Shown here: piece after piece, positions 50,351-63,300 of the stretch
Layout: each line of letters starts with the position of its first letter
How positions within the stretch are numbered: the stretch's first letter is position 1
NCBI RefSeq assembly: GCF_006345805.1
Contig: NC_042997.1
Coordinates: 100,316,001-100,380,000 of the forward strand
Source of the DNA: Octopus sinensis
Taxonomy: Eukaryota
Direction: 5' to 3'
Length of the DNA stretch: 64,000 bases
Program-made: the position numbers and the translations under genes
Notes under the pieces: model-generated
Databases searched by the model: none
What the model was told of the DNA's origin: nothing
The model's input: the letters and a program-made list of their open reading frames with translations, nothing else

Positions 50351-51249
50351 TATTATTTGTGTTATTATATGATTGAATGCCACGCATCCTCTTCCAAGTG
50401 AGTTTTATCTTAATAGTTCTGATGTGTACTCTATATAATCTTTTTACTGTTTCGTTTTTTTTTCCTTTCTCTCCCTTATTCTATTACATCCTCTTCTCCC
50501 ACTATTCTATCTTATTACTCTGTCACACTCACTCTTTTACTCACCCTCCCTTGCTCATGAGGCTCCTATGTGACCATCGGCCATCTTTCTTTCTTCTCCT
50601 ATTTTGCAATTTCTTTCTTTGTCTCTGTTGTAGCTGGAACAAGGAAGACGTGTTCTTGTCTGTCTCCTGTCCAAGCTTGATTTATACATTTGCCACCACA
50701 ACCGCATTTGGCGAGGCAGCCCTTCATGTCTGTTGTCACTGTCCTGTTTGTGTTATATGTATATATCATCATCATTGTTGATTAATGTCCGATTTCCATG
50801 CTGGCATGTGTTGGATGGTTAGACCGAGAACTGGTGAGCCAAAGGCTCAATCTGGTCTGGCAAAGTTTCAACAGCTGGATGCCCTTCCTAATGCAAACTA
50901 CTCCGAGAGTGTAGCAGGTGCTTTTTACGTGCCACCAGAACGAGGGCCAGTCAGGCAGTTCTGACAACTATGACGCTCAAAAGTTGTTTTTACATGCTAC
51001 CTGCACAGGAGCCAGTTCGGCAGCACTGGCAACAACCACGCTCAACTGTTGTTTTTCACATGCCACTGGCACATGCACCAGCAAGGCGATGCTGGCAATG
51101 ATCATGCTCGAATGGTGGTTTTTACGTGCCAGTGACATGGGAGCCAATCAGCGGTCCTAGCAACGATCCCGCTCGGATTGTGCTTTTAACGAGTGCTAAT
51201 CAGGCGGTACTGTCATCCACCACATCAGCAATTTCAATTATAGATATAT

Positions 51250-51873
51250 CACTATCAGAACTAGAGGAAAAGTTTCAGGTGTGGAAGCAAGGATTAGAAT
51301 CAAAGAGCCTTAGAATTAACCTAGCTAAAACCAAAGTCTTAATAAGTAGGAAAGCAGACAAACCACAAATCCCTTCAGGTAGATGACCCTGCCCGATCTG
51401 TGGAAAAGGCGTAGGTAGAAACTCCATAAGATGTACCCAGTGTAAGCTATGGATACATAAGAGGTGCAGCAATATCAAAGGGGAGCTAACTGGGAAGATA
51501 GTTTTTGTATGTGGCAAATGCTCAGGTGCTATAAACAGAGAAAATGTGCAGAGAACAGCTTCTGTCACATTCCAGGGAGAAAAACTAGAAGTAGTTGATA
51601 GCTTCCGTTACCTAGGTGACCAAGCCAGTAGCGGGCATTGATGCTCTGAAAGTGTAGCTGCTAGAATAAGAATAGCCTAGGCAAAGTTCTGAGAGCTCCT
51701 ACCTCTGCTGGTGACAAAGGGCCTCTCGCTCAGAGTAAAAGGTAGACTGTATGATGCACGTGTGTGAACTGTCATACTCTATAGCAGTGAAACATGGGCC
51801 GTGACTGCTGAGGACATGTGTAAGCTTGCAAGGAATGAAGTCAGTATGCTCTGCTGGATGTGTAATGTCAGTG
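51250..51873 (+). mobile_element. RTE LINE RT C-terminal fragment with a Cys/His-rich insert
   Basis: ELEEKFQVWKQGLESKSLRINLAKTK...PCPICGKGVGRNSIRCTQCKLWIHKRCSNI...VCGKC...EVVDSFRYLGD. Confidence 0.88.
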
Positions 51874-51999
51874 GTTGAGAATTCCACTGTGCGTTACTTG
51901 AGTTGGGTATTTTTTGAAAATCTATAGCCGGAAATTTTCCGGTTTCTTCAAAGAAACGAAAAACTCTGGTCAAATGAAACAGAAATTTCATGTCATCTC

Positions 52000-53400
52000 A
52001 CCATCCTGGTGATTCAGTAATATTTTCTTTACCATTGTTGAAATTAGCCTGGAGTTTCTCCTAATTATTTAGAAGCTCTGGGATGAATGTATATTCAGTC
52101 TTGGAAGATGACATTTTTTCTCCAAGTTTGTTATCCATTACAACACAAAGATCTCTATCAAGGATATCATGCTGACAACCAGTAAATTGCAGTTCTTTCA
52201 AATCCTTTTGAGAAAACAATCTTTGCAACTGAATGACAATGCCATTTCTTTTCCTAGTGTTCACACTCATATCAGCAACAATCATCTTTACACAGTTCCA
52301 TAGACTGTATTCATCTAAAACGGCTGTTATTCCTTTCACAACAGTATCAGCTTTTCATTTGGGTAATTGGATTTCTCCCAACTTAACTTCTCCCTGTTCA
52401 TTCTTTAAAACTAGCACTTGGTGTTCTTGGTCATCAATACGTTTACCATCAAGATGCAATGACCAATTTTCTAAATGTAGTGTTTGCTTCATTTTCATTT
52501 TTAGTTTAACTGCTTCTTTGATAGTCGATCAGTAAATACCAGATTGGGAAGGAGTCTCGACATTGATTCCATCTTGAGATAACTGTTGACAAACTGTTAC
52601 TGCTTTTGGGGTTGATAGCATGGAAGATATTACTACTTGGTTGCAGTTCCAGTTTTGCTATGCTTCCTCCTTGTTTGTGTGGATTTTTCATCTGATTTTT
52701 CGGACTCTTGATATTCACTTTCAGTCTCTGCTTCAGATGTTGACAATGAAACTGGAGTTGCTCTGGTTGAAGTTGGCATTAAGGATGCTTTTTTTCGTAT
52801 GTTTAGATGGATAGTTTTGGAGCTGGCTGCCTTTTCAGTTCCATACCCAACCTGTCCCTTGCATTCAGTTTTCCCTTGTGATGTCAAAAACTCCTTTCAA
52901 TGAATTGTATTTACCCCGTTTTGCACATTTATCATATGTATTCAACACCTTTTCTACTTTTGCTTGTACATTTTGAATTGATAGATACATGAAATTTAAT
53001 TTCTTTTGCTATAAAAAAGTTACTTCTTTCAAAATTTCCTTTCTTCTTTCTTTCCTTCCTCTGATGGAACCTCCAAAGAACAAGTAGCGATTGACATTTA
53101 AAATTTCATTGGTATCCTGCAGTTGTTTTCACAAAGAATGCTCTTGATAAACAGGTCTTCTTTTCCTATGTCTTGAAATTGCACGAGATTCTTCATCCAG
53201 ATTTTTTGTTTCTTTGAGTGACATGAGCACTTCGTTTATGAGACAATATTTTAGATACTCCAGTTGGATAAGCCTACTATTCTCAAAAGCAGTTAGTATA
53301 GTCAGAGTTTTTAGTGTCACAGAAATAAAAAGGAGGAAGATATTTCCTAAAGTAGAGCCTAAGTGGTAACAAGTTAAAAACTCCATAACCCCTAAACTAC
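52000..53400 (-). pseudogene. Decayed DDE transposase, hAT-like (hATm-type by recollection)
   Basis: LHLDGK (first catalytic D), ADMSVNTRKRNG (degenerate DTT..NTG..G) and CQHDILD (C2H motif); has stops and frameshifts; TIRs not found. Confidence 0.6.
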
Positions 53401-54204
53401 TTAAACTTGAAAGCTGAAATTTGAGATATACTGCTTCTGCATTGTATTAAGTCAGCACACCAAGTTAACTTGAGTAGGCATTATGAACATCCCTAGAATT
53501 TTGCATGATTTGAGTCAAAAGTAGTGTTAGATTTCTTCAGTTAGGGGAGACATTAAAAAAAAACAAAAAAACTTAAAGGTTATTTTCCCTACTTATATGA
53601 AATTGTTCAATGACATTTGATACATGAAATTGTTTATTTAAAAAAAAACTCAAAAAGGCATAACCCAAATACATACATACTTGGAAATGGATGCGCCGCA
53701 TTCAAATAATAAATATATATATACACACACACACACACACATATCATGCATGCATATATCGGTACAGGATGTCACCAATAAGGCAAATAACATGAAATAT
53801 GTAAGCAAATGAGTCAAATACGTAAACAATAAGAAAAAACGGAAAACGGGACAAGTAAACAAAAAGAAAAGACCCTTCATCAGTTGTCAGCTATCTAGAC
53901 AGCACGTAATTTTGTCAGTGAACAGGTTATGGTTTCAAAGTGATGAAAATATTTTGACAAATTAAATTTAAATGTTGAAGTGAATCTAATGGTTTTTGTG
54001 TGTTTTTAAATGGCTTATAAACACCTTCCATGCTACAATTGTCTTTGTTTCACCACATGATCTCAGATCAAGTCACTTGCTATGCAAGTACATCTCTAAT
54101 ATTATTTATTATATATATATACACACATGCACATATACACATATATATATACATACATATATATATACACACACACATATATATATACATACATATATAA
54201 ATAT

Positions 54205-55051
54205 ATGAAGACATGCGTAAGTTTGCAAGGAATTAAGCCAGCATGCTCCGCTGGATGTGTCAGTGTGTATACATGACAGGGTGTAAGCGCCCTGAGAGGA
54301 AAGTTGGATTTAAGAAGCATCAGTTGTGGTGTGCAAGAGAGACGACTGCACTGGTATGGTCATGTGTTGCGAGTGAATGAGGACAGCTGTGTGAAAAAGT
54401 GTCACACCCGAGCAGTTGAGGGAACCTATGTAAGAGGTAGACCCAGGAAGACCTGGGATGAGGTGAAGCACGACATTTGGAGATATGCTGTGGTTGAGAA
54501 GACTCGACAAGCCAAGTGAGACCATAGCCTGTGGCCTATGCCAGTGGATGTAACTGGGCCACTCATGAGTACCCCTCATTCACTGGACAATAAACTTCAC
54601 TTGTGAAGACCTGATGAGGCTAGTGAAATCAAAATCGCTGACATGGACGAGAACAGTACCGCCCGATTGGCACTCGTGCCAGTAGAACATTAAAAGCTCA
54701 TCCGAGCATGACTGTTGCCATGGCCACAGATTGGCTTCCGTGCCGGTGGCACATGAAAAACAACATTCAAGCGTGGTCGTTGCCAATACCACTGGACTGG
54801 CTTCCATGCGGGCATAATGTAATAAACACTTTTTGAGCATGGCTGTTGCCAGAACAGCAGGACTGGCCCTTGAGCCGGTGGCATGTAAAAGCACCCACTA
54901 CACACTCAGAGCGGTTGGCTTTAGAAAGGCATCCAGCTGAAGAAACTTAGCCATATTAAATTGGAGTCTGAAGCAGCCTTCTGGTTTGTCAGTCCTCAGT
55001 CAAACCGTCCAACACATGCCAGCATGGAAATCAGACATTAAATGACAATGA
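54205..55051 (+). mobile_element. RTE LINE 3' portion (ORF end + VNTR 3' UTR + tail)
   Basis: ERRLHWYGHVLRVNEDSCVKKC..VEGT..RGRPRKTWDEV followed contiguously by the shared 3' UTR. Confidence 0.88.
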
Positions 55052-55279
55052 TATATACATACATATACAAGCATATATACATACATACGCACACACACAC
55101 ATATATATACAAACATATATACATAAACGCATATATATATATTACATTGTGTGGAATTTGATTTCGTATTTCTAAATTGAATTCTTTTTCCTTGTAAGTT
55201 TGGATTTTATTCCCTCAAATAATAATTATTATATACATACATATATACATATATTTATATACATATATATATACACACA

Positions 55280-56000
55280 TATATGTATCCACATTTACAG
55301 ATATACATATATATATATATACACACATATACGTATACGCATTTACAGATATACATATATACATATATATACATACACACATTTACAGATATACATATAT
55401 ATATATATACATACATACACACATTTACAGATATACATATATATATACATATACACATTTACAGATATACATATATATATACATACATATACACATTTAC
55501 AGATATACATATATATACATACATATACACATTTACAGATATACATATATATACATACATATACACATTTACAGATATACATATATATACATACATATAC
55601 ACATTTACAGATATATATATATACATACATATACACATTTACAGATATATATATATATATACATACATATACACATTTAGAGGTATACATATATATACAT
55701 ACATACACACATTTACAGGTATACATATTTATACATACATATACACATTTACAGATATACATATATATACATACATATACACATTTACATGTATACATAT
55801 ATATACATACATATACACATTTACAGATACTCATATATACATACATATACACATTTACAGATATACATATATATATATACACAAACATACATACACACAC
55901 TGACAGATATACATATACATACATATATATATACACAAACATACATACACACACTGACAGATATACATATACATATATATATAGATACATACATATATAT
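55280..56000. repeat. ~36-bp minisatellite (unit ~ACATATACACATTTACAGATATACATATATATACAT), ~16 copies plus 2 variant units
   Basis: CATTTACAG recurs at 55456, 55494, 55530, 55566, 55602, 55636 and onward, with a 34-38-bp period. Confidence 0.92.
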
Positions 56001-56679
56001 ATATATAGATACATATATAGGTACATACATATGTATATATGCATAAATACATAGATACACATACATATATGCACACACACGAGGGGCTACTTTCAGTCTT
56101 TATTAAACCCACTCGCAAGGCTTTTGTTGGGATGAAGATTTAGTAAAGCACCCATACGCACATGTATGTGTGTGTGTATGATATGTTCACATTCACTTTC
56201 TCATGGTCACTTAAGTCAAACAGAATGTATTAAGTTGAGGCATATTTTCTATGGCCAGATGCCCTTCCTGTCTCCAACCCTCACACATTTGGAAGTGTAA
56301 ACTGAAATATTAGAATGTTTCCCAAGCTTTAATATAGCTAAAAAATGGGCATAGAGAGAGAGAAATATTTCTCACTTTTCACCCTTTTGTTATTAGTTTA
56401 TATACATATATATATATATGTGTGCGTGTGTGTGTGTATATCTATATATATGTAAAGTGTATATATATATATATGTATATATATCTATATATATGCATAT
56501 GTGTATATTATATATCTATATATATATATATATGCACATTTGTATATGTATATATATAAGTGTATGTATATATATATATGTATCTATGAGTGTATGCATA
56601 AATGTATGTATATATATATATATATATGTGCACATGTATTTCTATGTGTATATGTATGTCAAAATGTGACCTTGTGTGT

Positions 56680-56875
56680 ACCGTTGGCGATTTTTTTCCC
56701 TGTCTTCCCTTCTCTGGATCTTTCCTTCTCCTATGTTTCCGATGAAGAGCTCCGCTCAAAACGTTAAACCCTCCTTCTTCCCTTCTTTCCTGAGCGTCCA
56801 ATAATACTATATTTGTTCCACGTCCTCGCGTTGTTGTGTTTTTTTGTGTTTTCTTGTTTGGATTAACTTATATAT
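56680..56875 (+). mobile_element. Second copy of the hammerhead-motif repeat (motif 56735-56769)
   Basis: GTTT-CCGATGA-A-GAGCtccGCTC-AAAA-CGTT-AAAC; flanks alignable to the 7150-7345 copy. Confidence 0.6.
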
Positions 56876-59175
56876 ATATATGATCTTTGTTTCAAGTAAA
56901 TTCGAAAATAAGAATTTGCTATACATTGATATTTGTGTATGTGTGTGTATATAAAACCTCTACTTCAACAGACACACACACACATATATGTATGTATATA
57001 TAAAACTTATACATGTATGTGTATAGTTGCAATCATAAGAATTTAGAAATGCCAAGAGAACATGATATAATTTTGGGGGTAATGTTGGATCATGAAGCAG
57101 ATAAGGCTATAAATAATAGCCTTCAGGTTTTCTATCCCAAATTTAAAAAAAAAATATTTACACACTATTATTTATAGTTTATCTGCTTCAACGATCCAAC
57201 ATTCCAAAAAAAATTATAAATATCCACACAACTATCTATACTTTTATGCATATATACACTTGCACATGTCAATATATACTTAACGGACGTTAAACGATGA
57301 TGATGATGATGATGATACACGTGATTGTATCTCTATAAGTATGTATAAATACACACACACAATATGTCTGTATGTAACAGCTTTGGTACAATTCCCATTT
57401 ATTCAACTTCTACTCATAAAACACTGGTCAGCTTTTGGCTATGATGGAAGCTATATATCTAGTAGGTCATATAGGATCAGGCTCAGAACACTATGATTAT
57501 GAAATAAACATGTTAAACACACAGTAAAACCTGCACTCCTATCTGTAGTTATCACTCTTGGTGATTTCTCTGTTCACAACTCTCATTCCTCCTGGCACTC
57601 CTCCAGTAGCTGACACAGAAATTGAATCTTTTGCCTTTCTGCACCCCTTGCAACAATTATTACCATCATCCATTTATATCTATGATCAATGCTCAGATAT
57701 TTACAATACTCTTTATCTCTTTCTTTCTTTCTTTCTTCCAAAACCAGTTTTTATCAAACTATCATTGAAACATTGCCTAAAGATGGTTTCCTACCACACA
57801 GCCCCATACTGATTAACACCAATATCATATCCACCCAACTGCAAATCCCCAGAAACTCACTGGAGATAGTTAACCCTTTAGTATTCAGATTACTCTGTCA
57901 AATGTAAAGCCTGTTTAATTACATTGTTTTAAATTAGCTGTACAGCATCTTGTAACTCTGAGATTTTGATGATGTCCCTGTTTATTTTTAGAATGACTTT
58001 GTAGGGTAGGTGTGAGAGGTCAGAGCTGGCTGGTTTGAGCATAAAACAGGAAGACAATTTTGGCCTGATATGGCCGGTTTAAACACTAATGGGTTAATCT
58101 TAGCATTTGAAGTGACAAGAATGTTTTTTCTGTGCGCTGTACTTGAAAAACAAACATGTGAAGCAATTTTAGAAATAACATTTGCATCATTTTTCTTTAA
58201 ACATGATGAATTTAAAAGAAACTACTGCTTTTTGTTTTTAGAAATAATTGCCTGCTTACTTTGAAACAAGACACAAAGATCTATGCTTTAATCCTCAGCA
58301 GATTTTTTTTTTTTTTTTTTTTTAAATATTAATCAAACAAAGAGTGGAAGTACCCATTATTTTCGCAATACTTCCCAGGCTGGTGAGATTTATTTGGTTG
58401 ATGTTCAGTAGGAACATGTATAGGTCAATGTCTGCAATAAATACAAGGGCAAGAAAGGATTGCAAAGGAAGGATTAGAAATATTTAGCGAGGGATTACAA
58501 GAGAAACACGAGCAGAGAGGGAATTCAAGAAAGCTGACTTTTGGAGAGGAAGTAATAACTAAATAATGTGCTGGTGTATCTTGGTTATGGCATAGTATAG
58601 AAAGAGAGATAACAGGGTAATGCCATTAGTAGGACAGGTTACAAAATGAAAGGAGGAGGAGGAAATATTGTAACTGAATAAATCATGGGAAGTTAAGTCA
58701 AAAGAAGTTAAAAGTACCTAAGAACAAGACAGGATAAGGTAAAAAAATGAAAAAAACTGGAAAAGTGTGAAAATACTGTGGATAGAGAACTAGACTATAG
58801 ATAATATGGGTGATAGAAGGAGAAATAAATAAGTTTGAATAAAGGTGAAATAAGGATCAGGAAATGGTAAAGAACAGAGTCCACTGTAATAGTGTCAGAT
58901 GAGTGAGGATACAGTTTATCAGTGTGCCAGAGCTAAGTTAGCAGTTTCATGCCAATCAGTTGGATTGTCTTTTTGAGGGATGTAGGGAATCTCATGAGCT
59001 TTGATTCAGGTTAGTAAACGAGGGGTATTAGTTGCCATTTCTAGCAGATCAAGTTACCACATAGCAGTATCCTTTTTAGTAGTAAGCAAATATAATTTAG
59101 CAGTGAAAGTATATTCTATCTATATGTTGTCTAAACTGTTTTTGTGTAACTAATGTTAACAGTAAGAGAAATAAT

Positions 59176-60395
59176 TTCAAGGGTGGGCTGAAATATTCAT
59201 ATGAAAGAGTGATGCTGGAGCTCTGAACTCTGGCATGCATTCATTTCAATTCTTCTTATTAGTAACTGTATTGTTTCTTTCCAGGTAAACTCACATCTGA
59301 CTGTTCAAAGAATACTTCAAAAGTAACTAATAGTGACTTCTCTTGAAAATTGGCAAAATTTGGCATTGTTCTGTTATCAAGTACCTGCAGAAAAAAGTTT
59401 AGCCCCCCCCCCCCAATGACATTTATGCTGACATGGTTGCTACATTGGAGGATGATGCTCCAGCTTTATCAACAGTGCAAAAGTCAGTAGCTAAATTTAG
59501 AAGGGGAAGGGAATGTCTTGAAGATGACACAAGGTCTGGATGTCTTGCAACTTCCACTACTGAAGAAAACATTGATCATGTTCATCACATGATGATGGGT
59601 GACAGATGATTGACTATAAATCAAATAACCAACACTATTAGCATATCTCATGAAAGAGTTGTTGAGAATTTTCTGCACAATGAACTTAGCATGATGAAGG
59701 TCCAGCTCAATGGGTGCCATGCCTTCTCATACCTGATCGAAAGTGTACCAGACTGACTACATCATGTGAAAATCTGTTGTTTGAAGCAGATGTAGCTGGT
59801 TCCCTTAAACATTTCCTGAGCTAGGATGAGTATTGGGTTCATTACTTTGAGCCAGAGACAATCCATGCGGTGGAAACCACCCCTCCTCACCTGCTCAAAA
59901 GAAGGCCGCGGTCACTTCATCTGCAGGGAAGGTGATGACCCAGTTTTCGGGATGCAAAAGGTATTGTGTTTATTGACTATCTTCAAAAGGGCCACACCAT
60001 AACTGGAGAGTGCTATTCCAACTTGCTGAGGCAGTTACAAAAGGCTACAAAGACCAAACACCCCCCAAAAAAAAAAAAACTGATGAAAGAGGCCTAGTTT
60101 CAACAGGACAACGCTCCAGTACATGAATCCTTGGTTTCAATGGCTGCGGTGCGTGACTGACTGAACTGGTTAATCACCCTCCATATTCTCCTGATTTGAC
60201 CTCATTAGACTATCATCTGTTTCCCTACATGAAAAATCACTTGGCTGAGAACCAGTATTGCAGTAATGACATCGTATTTCAAAACCAATGTAAGAAATGT
60301 GTGGACCATAAGGAGGACTATATTGAAAAATAATCTTCATTTGGTCACATTCTATGAGAGTATCTTGATCAGCCTATGACTTTTTCAGCCGATTT
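59176..60395 (+). mobile_element. Near full-length decayed mariner element
   Basis: Degenerate TIRs (ggtgggctgaaatattcat / atgactttttcagccg) and a pseudo-transposase with LEDDTRSG, WVHYFEPET, GIVFIDYLQKGHTITG and HPPYSPDL motifs. Confidence 0.88.
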
Positions 60396-63300
60396 TCACG
60401 AGAGACCTTAAGATTGTTATGTGATTATACTGAAATATAGGTGTATAGAGAACCAGACTATAGATTAGTTTGTTGAGTATTTGTGGAGTACACTTACTTT
60501 TAAATGCTAAGTCCATCTGCACAATCTAGAAAATATTGTTTTTTTTGTTCACTTCCTGGAGTGTATAGCAGCTCATTTCACAAAAAGACTGTCTGCCTGT
60601 GTGTCGATATATAAATGTAGAAGACAACATTATTGTGATCACTATTAGCTTGTGCTTTTGTATTGGTTTTGTGAGGAGTAGTAGATATGAAGACTGTTAG
60701 GCCTGTCATCCTTTGTTTTATTTTGTCTAAAACTATTAATAATGTAAACTGAGAAGTCACACATTTCATGAAAAATACATTTTTAAACAACTGATTTTCT
60801 TCTCAATTTAATAACTGTGTTCATAACATAATAGAGAGGAACAGATTCACCTGAGAATACATATATATCATCATCGTTTAACATCTGCTTTCCATGCTAG
60901 CATGGGTTGGACGATTTGACTGAGGACTGGCAAACCATATAGCTGCACTAGGCTCCAATCTTGATCTGGCAGAGTTTCTACTGCTGGATGCCCTTCCTAA
61001 CGCCAACCACTCCAAGAGTGTAGTGGGTGCTTTTACGTGCCACCGACACGAAGGCCAGTCAGGTGGTACTGGCAACAGCCATGCTCAAATGGTGTATTTT
61101 ACATGTCACCGGCACAGGAGCCAGTCCAGCGGCACTGGCAACGACCTCGCTTGAATGTTTCAATATATACATATTGTTCACATTATTAACAACCCAAGTT
61201 ACAGACACACAGTTTAAATTCAAATTAAAAAGTTTTGGCTGAAAAACAAATTCCTACTCTGTTGGTTAAGAAAATAGTTTCATAATATCAGAAAAAAAAT
61301 GTGAACAAAAAGAATGAAGAAATGATTCTCAAACATATTATAACAGCAAAGTGTATGATTTGTTAATTCCCAATTTCTAATTCCTTAATCAAAAACACAG
61401 TAACTATGTATGGCAGTGGAATGCTCACCTACCACATATGTGAGTTTTATTCCTAGTCACTGTAACTTAGAAGCATAGCTTTCAAAACCAAGTAGTTTGA
61501 GATTTGGTACCACCATATGCTACCTTGGTTGACAGTGTTTGACTTCAGCTTCAAGTTGAACTATAGCTTTTGTGAATGCAATTAGTAAATGGATAGATGC
61601 AGGCATAGTTGTATGCTAAGGAATTTGGTTCCAGACCACATGAGTCTAAGTTCAGTCCCACTGCAGAGCATCTTGGACAAGTGTCTTCTACTACAGTAAC
61701 AGGTTAACCAAAGCCGTGAGTGGACCTGGTAGATGAAAACTGAAAGAAGCCCATCATGTGTATGTATTTGCCTCCTTGCCTTGACATTGCATAATAGTTG
61801 CAAAAATGATTGTCACTGTCAAACAAACAGTGTCATTCAATTCCAATATTCAATGAGAATATACCTGGCCATAGGAAATATTACCTTGCTTGGAAACAGA
61901 GTGAGTGACAGGAAGGACATCTGGCCACAGAAAATCTATATCAGTACATGCTGTCTGACCAAAGCAAGCATGGCAAAGTAGATGTAAAATGATGAATGAA
62001 ATTGCAGGAACGTGTCAAGTTTGAGTGTATGTGAATGTTTATGTTCATACTAGTCATAAGAAAAACTATTATTTATATTGTTTCTTTAGGAGGGGACTTT
62101 CTTCAGAACATGGAATAACAATGTTTTGCACCTTTGATAAACAGTCACTGATATTAAATAATTCTCGAAGACTTGGATATTAAAGAAAATGTTTAATATC
62201 CAAATTGACAGTAAGAATTAAAGATATATTCTGCTGCATAGTGAGTGCCAAGTTATTTTAACTAGGATTTACAGTAGTTGCGCAAGTGTATTCTAGTACA
62301 TCTTCATGTTGAGCAACGTCTTGTAAGAGGAATTTATTAGATGGAAACTGTGCAGAAACCTGTCGTGTATGCGCGCGCGCGTGTATGTTTATGTTTACAT
62401 CAGTCTAAAAAGAACAATCAATGTTATGTATCCTTTATGTCCTTTAACAGACCGGTAAAAATAAGTACTAAAATGAAACAAATATTGGGATATATACAAT
62501 CGATTAAAAACGTTTCAAGGTTGAGCCCTAGTTAGACGGTTCAAAGACTACAATCATTAAAAAAGTAAATAGAAACAAACGAATTATATTACTTGATCAA
62601 TTAACAAACATTATTATGACAGCTCAGTTAAATTAAGCTTTATGATTGAGATCTTAACAAAACAAAACAAAAAATTAATATTTGTTTTATATTTGTAGTA
62701 TTTCTCAGTTATTTTCTCAAGTATTTCTCAATAAATGTTAGTGACAGTTCGTCAGAGAAGGTGCATGACCTTCAATCACCTAATATCTTAGAGGGCCATG
62801 TTCAGAAGAAAGTTATCTGCCTATTAAACCTTCATTATCTGATATACTACCGTGCTATTTCTCTACATCTTAAATCATAACAGACTTCGTTTTTCAGAAA
62901 TTGGCACATGTATACCATGTCGACCCAAAACTGACGCTTCCTTGTTAACAAAACAGTCAATTTACCCAAAGCTCGCACTAAACATGTGTAATTTCTTTAA
63001 TTCAATGACTGTCCCTCACCCCAATAAAACTCTCTACTCCAATATAATTCTTCATTAGACACCAAATTTCACCACATTAATCACACGAAGCTTATCTACA
63101 TTTATTTGATTCAAAAGACGCTTTAGATTTTATAGGAAAATGCGCCTCTACTTGGAACAGGTTTATAATCATAAATTTTCCTTATGCAATCTAATACAGA
63201 ATACACAATTGCTTTTGCAAAATTGTCAGTCTTGTCCTAGCCTTCTTTGTTATGCTTCATCAACTTCTAAACTGTTTTCACACCTTATCTAAGATATTAT

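Noticed and set aside
47157-50387. Many long ORFs (up to 442 aa) rich in Y/I/H/T or M/Y/V/C
   Set aside because: They are translations of TA/CA/CATA microsatellite, which rarely contains stops; the same applies to ORFs at 7239-7607, 17303-17675, 34026-34316, 43382-43776 and 55200-56801.
53860-53895. CTGATGA motif on the minus strand, and another at ~34961 on the plus strand, as further hammerheads
   Set aside because: No stem II followed by GAAA at a suitable distance.
51250-55051. RTE pieces at 51250-51873 and 54205-55051 as one interrupted element
   Set aside because: They overlap by ~60 bp of element sequence with about 7 substitutions and an indel, so they are more likely independent copies.
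58400-58900. Purine-rich tract (and a pyrimidine-rich tract at ~22550-22800) as possible exons
   Set aside because: No splice-bounded open frame or recognisable motif; probably decayed low-complexity repeat.
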